In this document: positions 9,594 to 18,994 of the stretch, piece by piece
How positions within the stretch are numbered: position 1 is the first letter of the stretch
How the letters are laid out: every line of letters begins with the position of its first letter
Source of the DNA: a phage
Sequence record: PZ495249.1
Strand: one strand, 5' to 3'
Length of the DNA stretch: 64,000 nucleotides
Notes under the pieces: generated by a model
Database searches by the model: none
The model's input: the letters and a program-made list of their open reading frames with translations, nothing else
What the model was told of the DNA's origin: nothing
Translations under genes and position numbers: made by a program

Positions 9594-9803
9594 ATGAATA
9601 AGATTCTGATGGCTTTACTGTTAGTGGCAAGTGCTCCTGCAACCGCAGGGCAGATTACTATTCCAAACTCTGGTGAGGCTGTGAATGGTGACACAAAAGT
9701 TTGCTTCTATTCCAACTCCAATTATGACTTCACCTACGAAGTATCCGCAAATCGTCAGTGTCCTGGGACACGCACGTTTAGTACAGACGAGGATGATGAA
9801 TAG
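9594..9803 (+). CDS. small secreted protein (signal peptide)
   Basis: Track ORF; MNKILMALLLVASAPATAG. Confidence 0.5.
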   Translation: MNKILMALLLVASAPATAGQITIPNSGEAVNGDTKVCFYSNSNYDFTYEVSANRQCPGTRTFSTDEDDE

Positions 9804-9812
9804 GAGGAGTAA

Positions 9813-10949
9813 ATCGGTTACATATTAATTGAGCCGGAAGACCTACACAAATACGTTGATGAAGATACGATTGCAGCAATTGACTACGATCAGATAGCAT
9901 TCCAAGCAGCATCTGCATTGGAAAAGCGCAGTATCCACGCCGTACACAAGGCTTCCGGTAACGTAAAAGAGTTTGCGAATAGAACAGAGTTTTGGGGAAA
10001 TAAGAAGCACGAAATTGAGGGCTGGCTCGGAGCACTAAATGCATCACGAGAACAAGAAGGTAAACGCCCATTCACCAAAGAAGATTTTGATATCTTAGAC
10101 GTGCAAGAAGTACCTGAGAAAATAGCTTTCACATTCCAAGCTGCAAAGACAAAAATCGCTGGTATCATGGAACATCTCAAACTGAGAAAATACTGTGGTG
10201 TTATCGGCGTAGGCAAGACCTTCCGGCATTCCTTCGCGATGCCAACAGAATACAAATCTGAACGATCTGAAATAAAACCTCTTCAACTATCTGACACGAA
10301 AGATTACCTTGTGGAACAACACAATGGTAACGTTGTTACGGGACTTGAAGCAGATGACGCTCTGGAAATCTTCGGTTACTCCGGCTGGAAAGCCTATAAA
10401 GAAACTGGAAAGTTCTCACACATCGTAGTGTCAATTGATAAAGATAGTCTCTCGACTCCAAGTTTGCTCTTCAACTTCTACAAAGAAGACGGCGTTTTCA
10501 AACAACCTTACATCATTCTTATCGACGATTCGATTGGTGAGATTTGGGTTGTCGAAAAGGGCAAGAAGAAAGAGATTAAGGGTTGGGGTAGTATGTGGTT
10601 GGCTTATCAGATGCTTATGGGCGACAAGACAGACAGTATTCGTCCTTACCAGGACTTCGGTATCAAGTTCGGAGATATGGCTTGCTTCAATCTGATCTCG
10701 GAGTGTAAGACACAAGCTGAATTATTCAACACAGTTAAAGCCCAATATCACAAGTGGTTCCCCGATGGTGTAAGTTTTACATCGTGGGATGGAACAGATA
10801 CTTGGATGGAAACTGATGCATGGATAGAAACAATCTTCCAACTGGTCTACATGAAGCGTTGGGAAAATGATGAAACAACATTTGAGAGTATGTTAAAAGC
10901 ATACGAAGCAGAACAGGACGAAGCACTGTCCATTCAGGAGGAAAATTGA
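9813..10949 (+). CDS. 5'-3' exonuclease / flap endonuclease (RNase H-like); start codon unresolved
   Basis: Frame open from 9813; IAAIDYDQIAF (T4 RNase H-like N-terminus), GLEADDALEIFGY, H3TH-like MGDKTDSIRPYQDFGIKFG; track start at 9918 (TTG) would remove conserved N-terminus. Confidence 0.75.
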   Translation: MGYILIEPEDLHKYVDEDTIAAIDYDQIAFQAASALEKRSIHAVHKASGNVKEFANRTEFWGNKKHEIEGWLGALNASREQEGKRPFTKEDFDILDVQEVPEKIAFTFQAAKTKIAGIMEHLKLRKYCGVIGVGKTFRHSFAMPTEYKSERSEIKPLQLSDTKDYLVEQHNGNVVTGLEADDALEIFGYSGWKAYKETGKFSHIVVSIDKDSLSTPSLLFNFYKEDGVFKQPYIILIDDSIGEIWVVEKGKKKEIKGWGSMWLAYQMLMGDKTDSIRPYQDFGIKFGDMACFNLISECKTQAELFNTVKAQYHKWFPDGVSFTSWDGTDTWMETDAWIETIFQLVYMKRWENDETTFESMLKAYEAEQDEALSIQEEN

Positions 10950-11911
10950 GTAAATTAACAAACGAGCAGAAAGTTGCAATCACGTCAATGAAAGCTGCTG
11001 GTTATTCTTCACGTCACATCGCCGCTACCGTACTTGGTAGCGCAACTCGTAAAAGTACAGTCAACGACTTCCTTGCACGAGAGAATTTTGACGAAGTGTT
11101 CGAAGTTGAAGATGCAGTTAAAAAGCCTGTAATAAAGATTATTGACGTTGAGACAGCGCCAGAAATCGTTTACAGCTTCCGCAGATTCAAGGCTTTCATT
11201 TCGCCAGATCAGGTGATCAAACGTGGCTACCTGCTTTCCTACTCCATCTCTGATCTGTACACCGGAGAAGTAGAAGGTAAGAACCTTAGCGATTATCCGC
11301 TGTTCGACATTGATCATACAGATGATTGGGAATTATGTCAAGACCTGTGGCGTATTCTGGACGAAGCCGATGTTGTTGTAGCACATAACGGTTATAAGTT
11401 TGACCGAGCTTACATCAACCAACGTTTCGCATTCCACGGTATGCAACCACCATCTACCTACGTAGTTGTGGACACATTGAAAGCTGCCAAGAAACAATTT
11501 GCATTACCATCCAACTCCCTGAAAGAGATGGGCGCATACTTCGAAACCGAAAGTGAAAAACTGGATAACGAAGGATTCCCACTCTGGAAAGCATGTTGCG
11601 AAGGTGATCGAGATGCGTTCGGACGTATGCAGACTTACAACGATGGTGATGTTGTGTCACTGCGTGATCTGTATATCAAAATCCTTGCGTGGATTCCTCA
11701 GCACCCTAACCTGGCAGCATACTACGAAGACGAGCTGCGTCGTTGCCCTCGTTGTGGTAAAGACCATCTCGTACCAGTGGCTGGTAAGTTCTATAACACC
11801 GCTGTCAGTACGTTCCAAGTGTTACGTTGTACTTCATGTCAGAGCCTGTCTCGTGGACGTGTTAACCTGCGCAGCAAAGAGAAACGTGCCTCAACCGTTA
11901 TCGGTATTTAA
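10946..11911 (+). CDS. DnaQ-like 3'-5' exonuclease with N-terminal HTH
   Basis: Track ORF; IIDVETAP (exo I), HNGYKFD (exo II), YNDGDV (exo III). Confidence 0.65.
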   Translation: MSKLTNEQKVAITSMKAAGYSSRHIAATVLGSATRKSTVNDFLARENFDEVFEVEDAVKKPVIKIIDVETAPEIVYSFRRFKAFISPDQVIKRGYLLSYSISDLYTGEVEGKNLSDYPLFDIDHTDDWELCQDLWRILDEADVVVAHNGYKFDRAYINQRFAFHGMQPPSTYVVVDTLKAAKKQFALPSNSLKEMGAYFETESEKLDNEGFPLWKACCEGDRDAFGRMQTYNDGDVVSLRDLYIKILAWIPQHPNLAAYYEDELRRCPRCGKDHLVPVAGKFYNTAVSTFQVLRCTSCQSLSRGRVNLRSKEKRASTVIGI

Positions 11912-11915
11912 TATA

Positions 11916-11940
11916 AACCCGCTTCGGCGGGTTTTTTATT
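11916..11940 (+). terminator. rho-independent terminator
   Basis: AAACCCGCTTCGGCGGGTTTTTTATT. Confidence 0.7.
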
Positions 11941-11949
11941 GTTAAAGGC

Positions 11950-11979
11950 TTGACACAGAACCACCGATTGTAGTAGAAT
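11950..11979 (+). promoter_or_regulatory. sigma70-like promoter
   Basis: TTGACA-18nt-TAGAAT just after terminator. Confidence 0.55.
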
Positions 11980-12013
11980 TCAATCACTGAGTGGACTATC
12001 CAAAGGAGGAAAC

Positions 12014-12442
12014 ATGAACCCAGTTGAATTTACAGATTACGAGTCATTTCGTGAATACTCTGCCGACTCCGGCAAGAACAACGCTGCGCGAGCACTGTAC
12101 CGTCAGTTTATTGACCTTAACGGACTTGAACGAAACACACATATCATTGATGACGATGGTGTGATTATCGGACGAGATAACCGCCAGCAGGTGATGATAA
12201 ACGGTAGTATGTACGCCGTATCTGTGGGCGACAATAAAGAATGTCGTCAATATGATGTAGAAGACTACAACGGTATTCTTCACATTGATCCTCGCAATGG
12301 TTTGGTTAGCATCAGTTACAAGGATGATCTCCAAATCAACACCAAGTCTCCTAACCTAATCAGGAGCAAAACCAAGACTCCAGCTTGCAATGCGAAGATG
12401 AAAAACCACCGCAAGGTGTTTGGTCTTAAAATCTGGCGTTAA
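12014..12442 (+). CDS. hypothetical protein
   Basis: Track ORF with AAGGAGGAAAC RBS. Confidence 0.5.
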   Translation: MNPVEFTDYESFREYSADSGKNNAARALYRQFIDLNGLERNTHIIDDDGVIIGRDNRQQVMINGSMYAVSVGDNKECRQYDVEDYNGILHIDPRNGLVSISYKDDLQINTKSPNLIRSKTKTPACNAKMKNHRKVFGLKIWR

Positions 12443-12464
12443 GCTGAAACACAACTTATCATTC

Positions 12465-12485
12465 AAGGGGCTTCTGCCCCTTTCT
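12465..12485 (+). terminator. GC hairpin, weak terminator/attenuator
   Basis: AAGGGGCTTCTGCCCCTT then T-rich. Confidence 0.4.
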
Positions 12486-12499
12486 GCATTGGAGAAAAT

Positions 12500-12901
12500 A
12501 TGTCTGACGCTCTAAAAACTCAGGTCGATGGCGACCATTACAAGAAACAAAAAATCCAACCTATTGAATTAGCTTACCTTATCGGTGCAACACCATGCTT
12601 CACTAAGCTGGCGAAGTACATGACACGAGACAAGGGTGATCGTAATATTAACCTTGACAAGGCTATTCACTGTGTTAATATCGAGAAAGAAATTCATGAA
12701 ACCGCTATGTACCACATTCTTGATAGCTACCCTTTACTGGCTAACCCTGCAAGGTTAGGTCAGGCTGAAATGCTCATCAACATCTTCTCAGAAGATCCGT
12801 TTGTGCAAGCCGCGCTGAAAGCAATGATCAGACAGGACTACGACGAGGCAATTGCCGAAGTTGAAGCCCTGAAAAGGTTATTAAATGTCAAGCACGAGTA
12901 A
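12500..12901 (+). CDS. DUF3310-like phage protein
   Basis: Track ORF; VDGDHYK...IQPIEL...KY..R...D..KA pattern. Confidence 0.5.
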   Translation: MSDALKTQVDGDHYKKQKIQPIELAYLIGATPCFTKLAKYMTRDKGDRNINLDKAIHCVNIEKEIHETAMYHILDSYPLLANPARLGQAEMLINIFSEDPFVQAALKAMIRQDYDEAIAEVEALKRLLNVKHE

Positions 12902-13088
12902 GCAATATGGAGAAGGTGAGGTTTATAAGATCTACAATCGCAAAGGCGACAAGCTCTTACAAACTATCACCATGCCGGAGAGTATGTGCAAAGCAGGTCT
13001 GGATAGAATGTTGTTCTTCAAGTACAACATTGCCCCAGGCGATTATGTAGCTAAGAAGGTGAGTAACATTGGCGAACAAGGAACCTAA
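12885..13088 (+). CDS. hypothetical protein
   Basis: Track ORF. Confidence 0.4.
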   Translation: MSSTSKQYGEGEVYKIYNRKGDKLLQTITMPESMCKAGLDRMLFFKYNIAPGDYVAKKVSNIGEQGT

Positions 13089-13647
13089 GATTGTATGGGG
13101 TGAGGGAACCCCCTGGAGAACCCAAGCAGAATTCTACACGTATTTGCGAGGTTGTCTAAGGAGAGCATGGATTCGACACCCCAACAAGATTAAACGTATT
13201 AACGCACTACGCTACCAAGTTGATCGACTTGACAAAGACGGTAACGTAATGCGAGATAAGAAAACAGGTAAACCAAAGAAAATCTGGAACTGCAAGTGTG
13301 AACTCTGTGGACACACAGGCGGAATGAAAGATTTCCAAGTAGACCACATCCACGCCGCAGGTGCGCTAACCTGCTATGAAGACCTTCCAGGTTTTGCTCT
13401 AAGACTCCTCTACGTAAACGAAGAAGACCTACGAGTAGTTTGCAAGAAATGCAACTCAATCCTCGCATATGCTGATAAGCACAACTTATCGTTCGTAGAA
13501 GCGTCGGCGGAGAAAGAAGCCATTGAAATCTGTCGTACTAAGAAGGACAAACAGTGGCTTGAGAAACGTGGAGTGAAGCCTGAAAGTACAATAATTAAGC
13601 GAAGAAAACAGATAGTGAAAATACTTCTTGATCTTGCGCAACAATAA
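13069..13647 (+). CDS. HNH-family endonuclease-like protein
   Basis: Track ORF (TTG start); CELCG...DFQVDHIH...CKKCN. Confidence 0.5.
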   Translation: MANKEPKIVWGEGTPWRTQAEFYTYLRGCLRRAWIRHPNKIKRINALRYQVDRLDKDGNVMRDKKTGKPKKIWNCKCELCGHTGGMKDFQVDHIHAAGALTCYEDLPGFALRLLYVNEEDLRVVCKKCNSILAYADKHNLSFVEASAEKEAIEICRTKKDKQWLEKRGVKPESTIIKRRKQIVKILLDLAQQ

Positions 13648-13656
13648 CGTAATATA

Positions 13657-13680
13657 AGCCCCATCAGACGGGGCTTTGAG
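13657..13680 (+). terminator. GC hairpin, weak terminator/attenuator
   Basis: AAGCCCCATCAGACGGGGCTT. Confidence 0.4.
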
Positions 13681-13687
13681 GAGAACC

Positions 13688-14287
13688 ATGAGAATCGTCT
13701 GTGACTGTGATTTAGTAATAGCTCCGGCTGATGTTCCCTGGCTTGCCTGGTTGAATGCTGTGAGTGGTGACAATGTTGTATTGCCAGCAACTGGCAAAGA
13801 TGCACATTACGACCTATCTGCATACTTCCCAGACTTCGAGAAGAGGTTTGGTATCGACCCGCATTCCTTCTGGGATAATCAGCATCTGTACGACACAATG
13901 GGTACAGTGCCAGGCAGCGTGAATACTCTTAACTATCTTGGTAAGGCTGGAGATACCCTTCTCATCGCAAGCCACACCAAAGGTGGACATTTTAGCTCCA
14001 AGTACCGCTATATAAAACGCAACCTCCCTGAATTTGATTTCGGACGAGGAACAGGTAATGGCTTCTTTGCGACGAAGGAGAAATACCTACTCCCCTGCGA
14101 TATAGCAATTGATGATCGGGCAGAGAATCTCGTCTTATTCCCAGATCATGTAGTGAAGGTGTACTTCAACACCATATATCAAGATCCATTCTTGGAAGAA
14201 TTAAAAACCATGCCGAACGTACTGATAACTTCCATCGAAGATCCTTGGAAGGATGTATTCAATGCGGTTGACATTTATCATAAATAG
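13688..14287 (+). CDS. HAD-superfamily 5'(3')-deoxyribonucleotidase-like
   Basis: Track ORF 13676..14287 trimmed to ATG at 13688; N-terminal DxD (CDCDLV). Confidence 0.55.
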   Translation: MRIVCDCDLVIAPADVPWLAWLNAVSGDNVVLPATGKDAHYDLSAYFPDFEKRFGIDPHSFWDNQHLYDTMGTVPGSVNTLNYLGKAGDTLLIASHTKGGHFSSKYRYIKRNLPEFDFGRGTGNGFFATKEKYLLPCDIAIDDRAENLVLFPDHVVKVYFNTIYQDPFLEELKTMPNVLITSIEDPWKDVFNAVDIYHK

Positions 14288-14295
14288 GAGGAGAC

Positions 14296-14601
14296 ATGGG
14301 TAAAGTAGTTATAAATACTTGTTACGGCGGTTTCGGCTTATCTGCTTTCGCCGTAGATAAGATGGAAGAAAGAGGTTATAAAGTTGATCGATACGAGTTC
14401 GGTAGTTTCCTGGATGACAATATTCCTCGACATAATCCAGATTTAATAGCAGTCGTAGAAGAATTAGGTGAAGATGCGAATGGATTCTGCGCTGAATTAA
14501 CTATCGTAGAATTTGATGGTAATGTTTATCGCATTGATGAATATGATGGTTATGAAAGTGTAGTTACACCAGAAGACCAGAAGTGGATTGTAATTGAGTA
14601 A
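14296..14601 (+). CDS. hypothetical protein
   Basis: Track ORF. Confidence 0.5.
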   Translation: MGKVVINTCYGGFGLSAFAVDKMEERGYKVDRYEFGSFLDDNIPRHNPDLIAVVEELGEDANGFCAELTIVEFDGNVYRIDEYDGYESVVTPEDQKWIVIE

Positions 14602-14607
14602 GGAGAA

Positions 14608-15579
14608 ATGATGGTAGATATTAGCGCAAAAGTAATTGCACACTCTCACAACGGATGTGGGAATGAAATTGTAACCTTCGAGTTGGAATATCCTCGAATT
14701 ATTCATAGTGAATTGATGACTCACCGTTTATTCAGTCGCAATGCTGCATCGAGTCGAGCTATTCCGGTGAAGACACTGATCGAAATGGTTCGTCAAGAGC
14801 CAGCAATGCCCTATCGCTTTGGTGCAAATCAACCAGGGATGCAAGATAAGGGTGTAGAACACGATGGGATCGTAGGTGCAGGATATACTGGTCGTGAGTG
14901 GTGGAATCTTGCTGCGCTTAGTGCTGCTCGCTTTGCAGAAGAACTGGCAGAGGCTGGTTATCATAAACAAGTTGTTAACCGTCTTCTGGAGCCGTTCCAA
15001 CGCATGAAGACCGTTCTGACTGCCACAGAGTATGAAAACTTCTGGTGGCTGCGTGTAGACGCTGACGCTGATCCAACTATCGAAGCCCTTGCGAAAGCGA
15101 TGCATAAAGAATATGAAGCATCTGAACCAGAACTCCTACAACCTGGTCAATGGCACACGCCATATGTTGATCACATCTATGTGCTTGCAGCAGGTAGTGG
15201 AGATTTAGATCCTCCTGTATTTGATGGTTATTGTGTCTATGATGAAGACAATCATCCGGTACGTTTAACTACCGAAGAGGCGAAATCTATTTCATCCTCG
15301 TGTTGTGCTCAGGTGAGTTATCGCCGTCTTAACTCGACTAAAGATAAAGCCCTTGATATTTATGGACGTTTACTTACAGGGCGTAAGGTACATGCTTCTC
15401 CATTCGAACATCAGGCAACACCAATGCAAGAAACGGATGGATATAAGAATATGGAACCGTATAAGTGTAATTGGGAAGAAGGTGTCACACACATGGATCG
15501 AGATGGTGATCTGTGGTCAGGCAACTTCAAAGGCTTCATTCAACATCGTCAGCTTTTGGACAATCACACCAAGTGGTGA
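14608..15579 (+). CDS. thyX: flavin-dependent thymidylate synthase ThyX-like
   Basis: Track ORF; EIVTFELEYPRIIHSELMTHRLFSRNAASSRAIP matches ThyX region (first Arg of RHR is Thr); long C-terminal extension. Confidence 0.6.
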   Translation: MMVDISAKVIAHSHNGCGNEIVTFELEYPRIIHSELMTHRLFSRNAASSRAIPVKTLIEMVRQEPAMPYRFGANQPGMQDKGVEHDGIVGAGYTGREWWNLAALSAARFAEELAEAGYHKQVVNRLLEPFQRMKTVLTATEYENFWWLRVDADADPTIEALAKAMHKEYEASEPELLQPGQWHTPYVDHIYVLAAGSGDLDPPVFDGYCVYDEDNHPVRLTTEEAKSISSSCCAQVSYRRLNSTKDKALDIYGRLLTGRKVHASPFEHQATPMQETDGYKNMEPYKCNWEEGVTHMDRDGDLWSGNFKGFIQHRQLLDNHTKW

Positions 15580-15596
15580 TTTAGTTCAAAATCCTA

Positions 15597-15625
15597 TTGA
15601 CTTTTAGTTGAGATTCATGTAAGAT
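15597..15625 (+). promoter_or_regulatory. sigma70-like promoter
   Basis: TTGACT-17nt-TAAGAT; 5' UTR hairpin GGGAGAGCTATGTCTCTCCC follows. Confidence 0.5.
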
Positions 15626-15677
15626 AGCATAACGTTGGGAGAGCTATGTCTCTCCCTTGAGAAGAGAAGGAGAATTT

Positions 15678-16088
15678 ATGTCATTAATCAATACAACCGT
15701 TTGGGCGACCGTAAGCATGTCTACCATTGAAGCAACCCCTATCTGGCAAGAAAAATTAGCACAACACAACGGCTATATCCCTAAACAAGAGTACGGTACT
15801 GTTCTTAAACAAGCACTCGTAACATTAGGCATGGCTAACGATGGTTCATACACCGTCGAACGAAACGTCAATATTCGAAGTAATAATGACCTTCGTACTG
15901 TATATGCAAATACCACCTTGTACACTTTCCCTGTACGATCTAATTATCCATACAAACGTGTATATCAGAATCGTGATATTCTACATTTCGGAGAAGAAGG
16001 TTTTACTGGTTGGGGCGTATCTCACATCAAAATGGAAGACTTCGGAAATGAACATGATCCATCAAGAGAAGATGGTTCAGATTTCTAA
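15678..16088 (+). CDS. hypothetical protein
   Basis: Track ORF 15657..16088 trimmed to ATG at 15678 after AAGGAGAA. Confidence 0.5.
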   Translation: MSLINTTVWATVSMSTIEATPIWQEKLAQHNGYIPKQEYGTVLKQALVTLGMANDGSYTVERNVNIRSNNDLRTVYANTTLYTFPVRSNYPYKRVYQNRDILHFGEEGFTGWGVSHIKMEDFGNEHDPSREDGSDF

Positions 16089-16100
16089 TTGAGAGGCCAA

Positions 16101-16349
16101 ATGACCGATAGCAATAAATATCAAGGCTGTGAAATTGAAGTCTATTACGATGAAACGGTAGGTTGCAATGTTACAGTTATTAAAGACACATCAAAACGAT
16201 TATCCCCGAAAAGACAAGAAGCAGACAGGAAAGCAAAAGAGAAAGGGTTTGAAGATATAAACCATTTCGAAGGATTCTTATATGCCAACGGCTTATTTAA
16301 TGAAATGCGCGGTGGATATGATGTTGATGTATTAAACATGCACAATTAA
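16101..16349 (+). CDS. hypothetical protein
   Basis: Track ORF 16089..16349 trimmed to ATG at 16101. Confidence 0.45.
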   Translation: MTDSNKYQGCEIEVYYDETVGCNVTVIKDTSKRLSPKRQEADRKAKEKGFEDINHFEGFLYANGLFNEMRGGYDVDVLNMHN

Positions 16350-16364
16350 GGTTAGGGAGTAGAA

Positions 16365-18614
16365 GTGATTCGATATGTAACTAAATCCAACGGCAAGAAA
16401 GAAGAGTTTAATCCAGAGAAACTTCGTAAATGGTCGGAGTTTGCTGCGGGTAAACTTAACTGGTCGGAAATTGAGTTAGAAGCTGTTAAACGTTGTTACG
16501 ATGGTGTGTCCACTCGTGATCTGCATAAAGCAATGATCTCTGCGTGTATTGACAAGAAAACCCAAGCGTACAGCGATATGGCTGGTCGATTACTTCTCGG
16601 TATGATTTACAAACAGGCGCATGGGGGATACCACAGTATCCCTTCCCTGAATGAGTTCTATAAAGATATGGTGAGCCGAGGCCACTGGATCAAGATGGAC
16701 TATACCGACGAAGAAATCAAAGAGATCGGCAAGATCGTTAAACACGATAAGAACCTTGGGTACGGTTATTCTGTACTTCGTCAAATGTCAGATAAATACC
16801 TGGTGAAAGATGCCGTGAACGATATTGTTCACGAATCTCCTCAGTTCCTGTTTATTGGTGTTGCGATGAAGGTAATGGAGATTCAGCCGAAGGAACGACG
16901 CATTGAAGATATTAAGCGACTGTATACCTATGTCAGTGATCTTAAAATCAACCTGCCGTCACCTTATCTGACGACACTGCGTACTCCGATCCCTGGTAGT
17001 GCTTCCTGCTGTCTGTTCCGCGCAGACGACACAGCAGAATCACTGGCAATTGCAAACTACTTGGCACACGAGTATACTCTGAATAACGCTGGTATTGGTG
17101 TTAACCTCCAGACTCGTGCAACGGGGCAGGGCGTTAAGAACAACCGTATTATCCACGGTGGACTACTTCCTTACCTGAAATGGATGGAAGATAGCGTAGG
17201 TGCATCGAAACAGGCAAGTCGTGGTGGTAGTGCTACCGTCACATACACAATCTTGGAACCAGACTTCGAAGACTTGATCCGAATCAAGAACCCGACAACT
17301 CCGGTTGACAAGCGTGTAGATAAATTAGATTATTCAGTCGTGGTTAACCGTTCCTTCTTACGCCGAGCAGCAAAAGGTGAAGAATGGATGCTGGTAAGCT
17401 GTGATGATGCTCCAGAACTCTACGAAGCACTCTACAAAAGTGAAGAAGAGTTTGATGAGGTTTATGATCGTGTTAGTCGTAAGCGTATCAAGAAAAAATT
17501 CGTTAAGGCGCGTGACCTGCTGACCGAGATTATTGTTCAACGTGCAGAGACAGGACGTATTTATATGTTCTTCGCTGATAACGTAAACAATCACACACCG
17601 TTTACTGATACTGTATATCAGTCAAATCTGTGTCAGGAAATCTTCCTGCCGACGAAAGCATTCCATAAGATGACGGATCTTTTCACTGGGGAAAATACCG
17701 AGGATCAGGAATTAGCTCTGTGCTTCCTATCTTCTATCGTGGCTGGTCGAGTTAAACCAGAAGAATACGAAGATGTAGCCTACTACACCGTATTGACAAT
17801 CGACAACGTTATTGAGACAATGGTTTACCCATTCAAACACAATGAGATCACAGCGAAAGCTCGTCGCTCCATCGGTGTTGGGATTACAAACCTCGCTCAT
17901 TACCTCGCAAGTAACTTCGCGACATACTCTGATCCTTATGGTAAGAAACTGATTCACGAGTTAGCTGAACGCCACTATTTCTGGTTGGCAAGTGCATCTC
18001 TTCGCCTGGCGAAAGAGAAAGGTAATGCTGAGTGGATTGACAAAACCAAATGGCCTCAAGGTTGGCTACCAATTGATACCTATTCAAAAGCGGTAGATGA
18101 TATTGGCAACTTCGAGTTGAAAAACGATTGGGAAGGATTACGCCAAGAGATTATCGCTCAGGGTGGTATCCGCAACAGCGTATTAACCGCTATTGCACCA
18201 AATGAATCAAGTAGCCTGGTGAGTAACACTACCAACTCTGTATATCCAGTACGTGACACAATCATGTACAAGCAGAGCCAGAAAGGTAACGTGTTGTTTA
18301 TTGTGCCGGATTACGAAAAGCTGAAAACCGTTTATCAGAGCGCATGGGATACCCCTGCGAAAGATATTGCTGAAATGTACGGATTGTTAACCAAATTCAT
18401 GGATCAGGGTATTTCCTGTGACGAATGGGCTGACTATTCTAAAATGGAGGGTGGTCGTCTGTCTATTAAAGCTCAGATGCAATTCATCTTCACGTTTGCC
18501 AAATTAGGCGGTAAGTCTCTGTACTACTTGAATAGTAGAACCAAATCAGCCGAATCTCTCGCCCAAGAGGATTCCGGTTTTGGTGAAGATGGTTGCGAAG
18601 CGTGTAAGATGTAA
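16365..18614 (+). CDS. nrdA: ribonucleoside-diphosphate reductase class Ia alpha subunit
   Basis: Track ORF 749 aa, GTG start; ATP-cone N-terminus and conserved RNR large-subunit regions. Confidence 0.9.
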   Translation: MIRYVTKSNGKKEEFNPEKLRKWSEFAAGKLNWSEIELEAVKRCYDGVSTRDLHKAMISACIDKKTQAYSDMAGRLLLGMIYKQAHGGYHSIPSLNEFYKDMVSRGHWIKMDYTDEEIKEIGKIVKHDKNLGYGYSVLRQMSDKYLVKDAVNDIVHESPQFLFIGVAMKVMEIQPKERRIEDIKRLYTYVSDLKINLPSPYLTTLRTPIPGSASCCLFRADDTAESLAIANYLAHEYTLNNAGIGVNLQTRATGQGVKNNRIIHGGLLPYLKWMEDSVGASKQASRGGSATVTYTILEPDFEDLIRIKNPTTPVDKRVDKLDYSVVVNRSFLRRAAKGEEWMLVSCDDAPELYEALYKSEEEFDEVYDRVSRKRIKKKFVKARDLLTEIIVQRAETGRIYMFFADNVNNHTPFTDTVYQSNLCQEIFLPTKAFHKMTDLFTGENTEDQELALCFLSSIVAGRVKPEEYEDVAYYTVLTIDNVIETMVYPFKHNEITAKARRSIGVGITNLAHYLASNFATYSDPYGKKLIHELAERHYFWLASASLRLAKEKGNAEWIDKTKWPQGWLPIDTYSKAVDDIGNFELKNDWEGLRQEIIAQGGIRNSVLTAIAPNESSSLVSNTTNSVYPVRDTIMYKQSQKGNVLFIVPDYEKLKTVYQSAWDTPAKDIAEMYGLLTKFMDQGISCDEWADYSKMEGGRLSIKAQMQFIFTFAKLGGKSLYYLNSRTKSAESLAQEDSGFGEDGCEACKM

Positions 18615-18618
18615 TATC

Positions 18619-18644
18619 AAGGGGCGAAAGCCCCTTTATTTTTC
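18619..18644 (+). terminator. rho-independent terminator
   Basis: AAGGGGCGAAAGCCCCTTTATTTTT. Confidence 0.6.
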
Positions 18645-18655
18645 TAAGGAGGATT

Positions 18656-18994
18656 ATGAATTCTATAATCGTATTGTCTGGAGTAACAAAGCTATTACCA
18701 CTCAAGAATTATGTCCTGGTTGATCCAAAAGATTTCACATTAGATTGGTGTTGTCAGTTTATCGGGGGAATGAATTTTACGAATGCGGAGATCTGGGAGT
18801 CTTCTGACTCTAAGGCAACTGCATATACACTCTCCAGAGTAAGAACTTATGGTTCAGAATTTAGTGTGCTACTGACACAAAGCGTGTGGAATGGTCTGGA
18901 AGAATACTATCGAGAACATGGTGTGGAAGAGAGTGAGATAGAAGTGTTAAAATCATGGTGTGATATTGTGGAGGATTTAAATGGCAGCAATTAA
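18656..18994 (+). CDS. hypothetical protein between nrdA and nrdB
   Basis: Track ORF with AAGGAGGATT RBS. Confidence 0.5.
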   Translation: MNSIIVLSGVTKLLPLKNYVLVDPKDFTLDWCCQFIGGMNFTNAEIWESSDSKATAYTLSRVRTYGSEFSVLLTQSVWNGLEEYYREHGVEESEIEVLKSWCDIVEDLNGSN

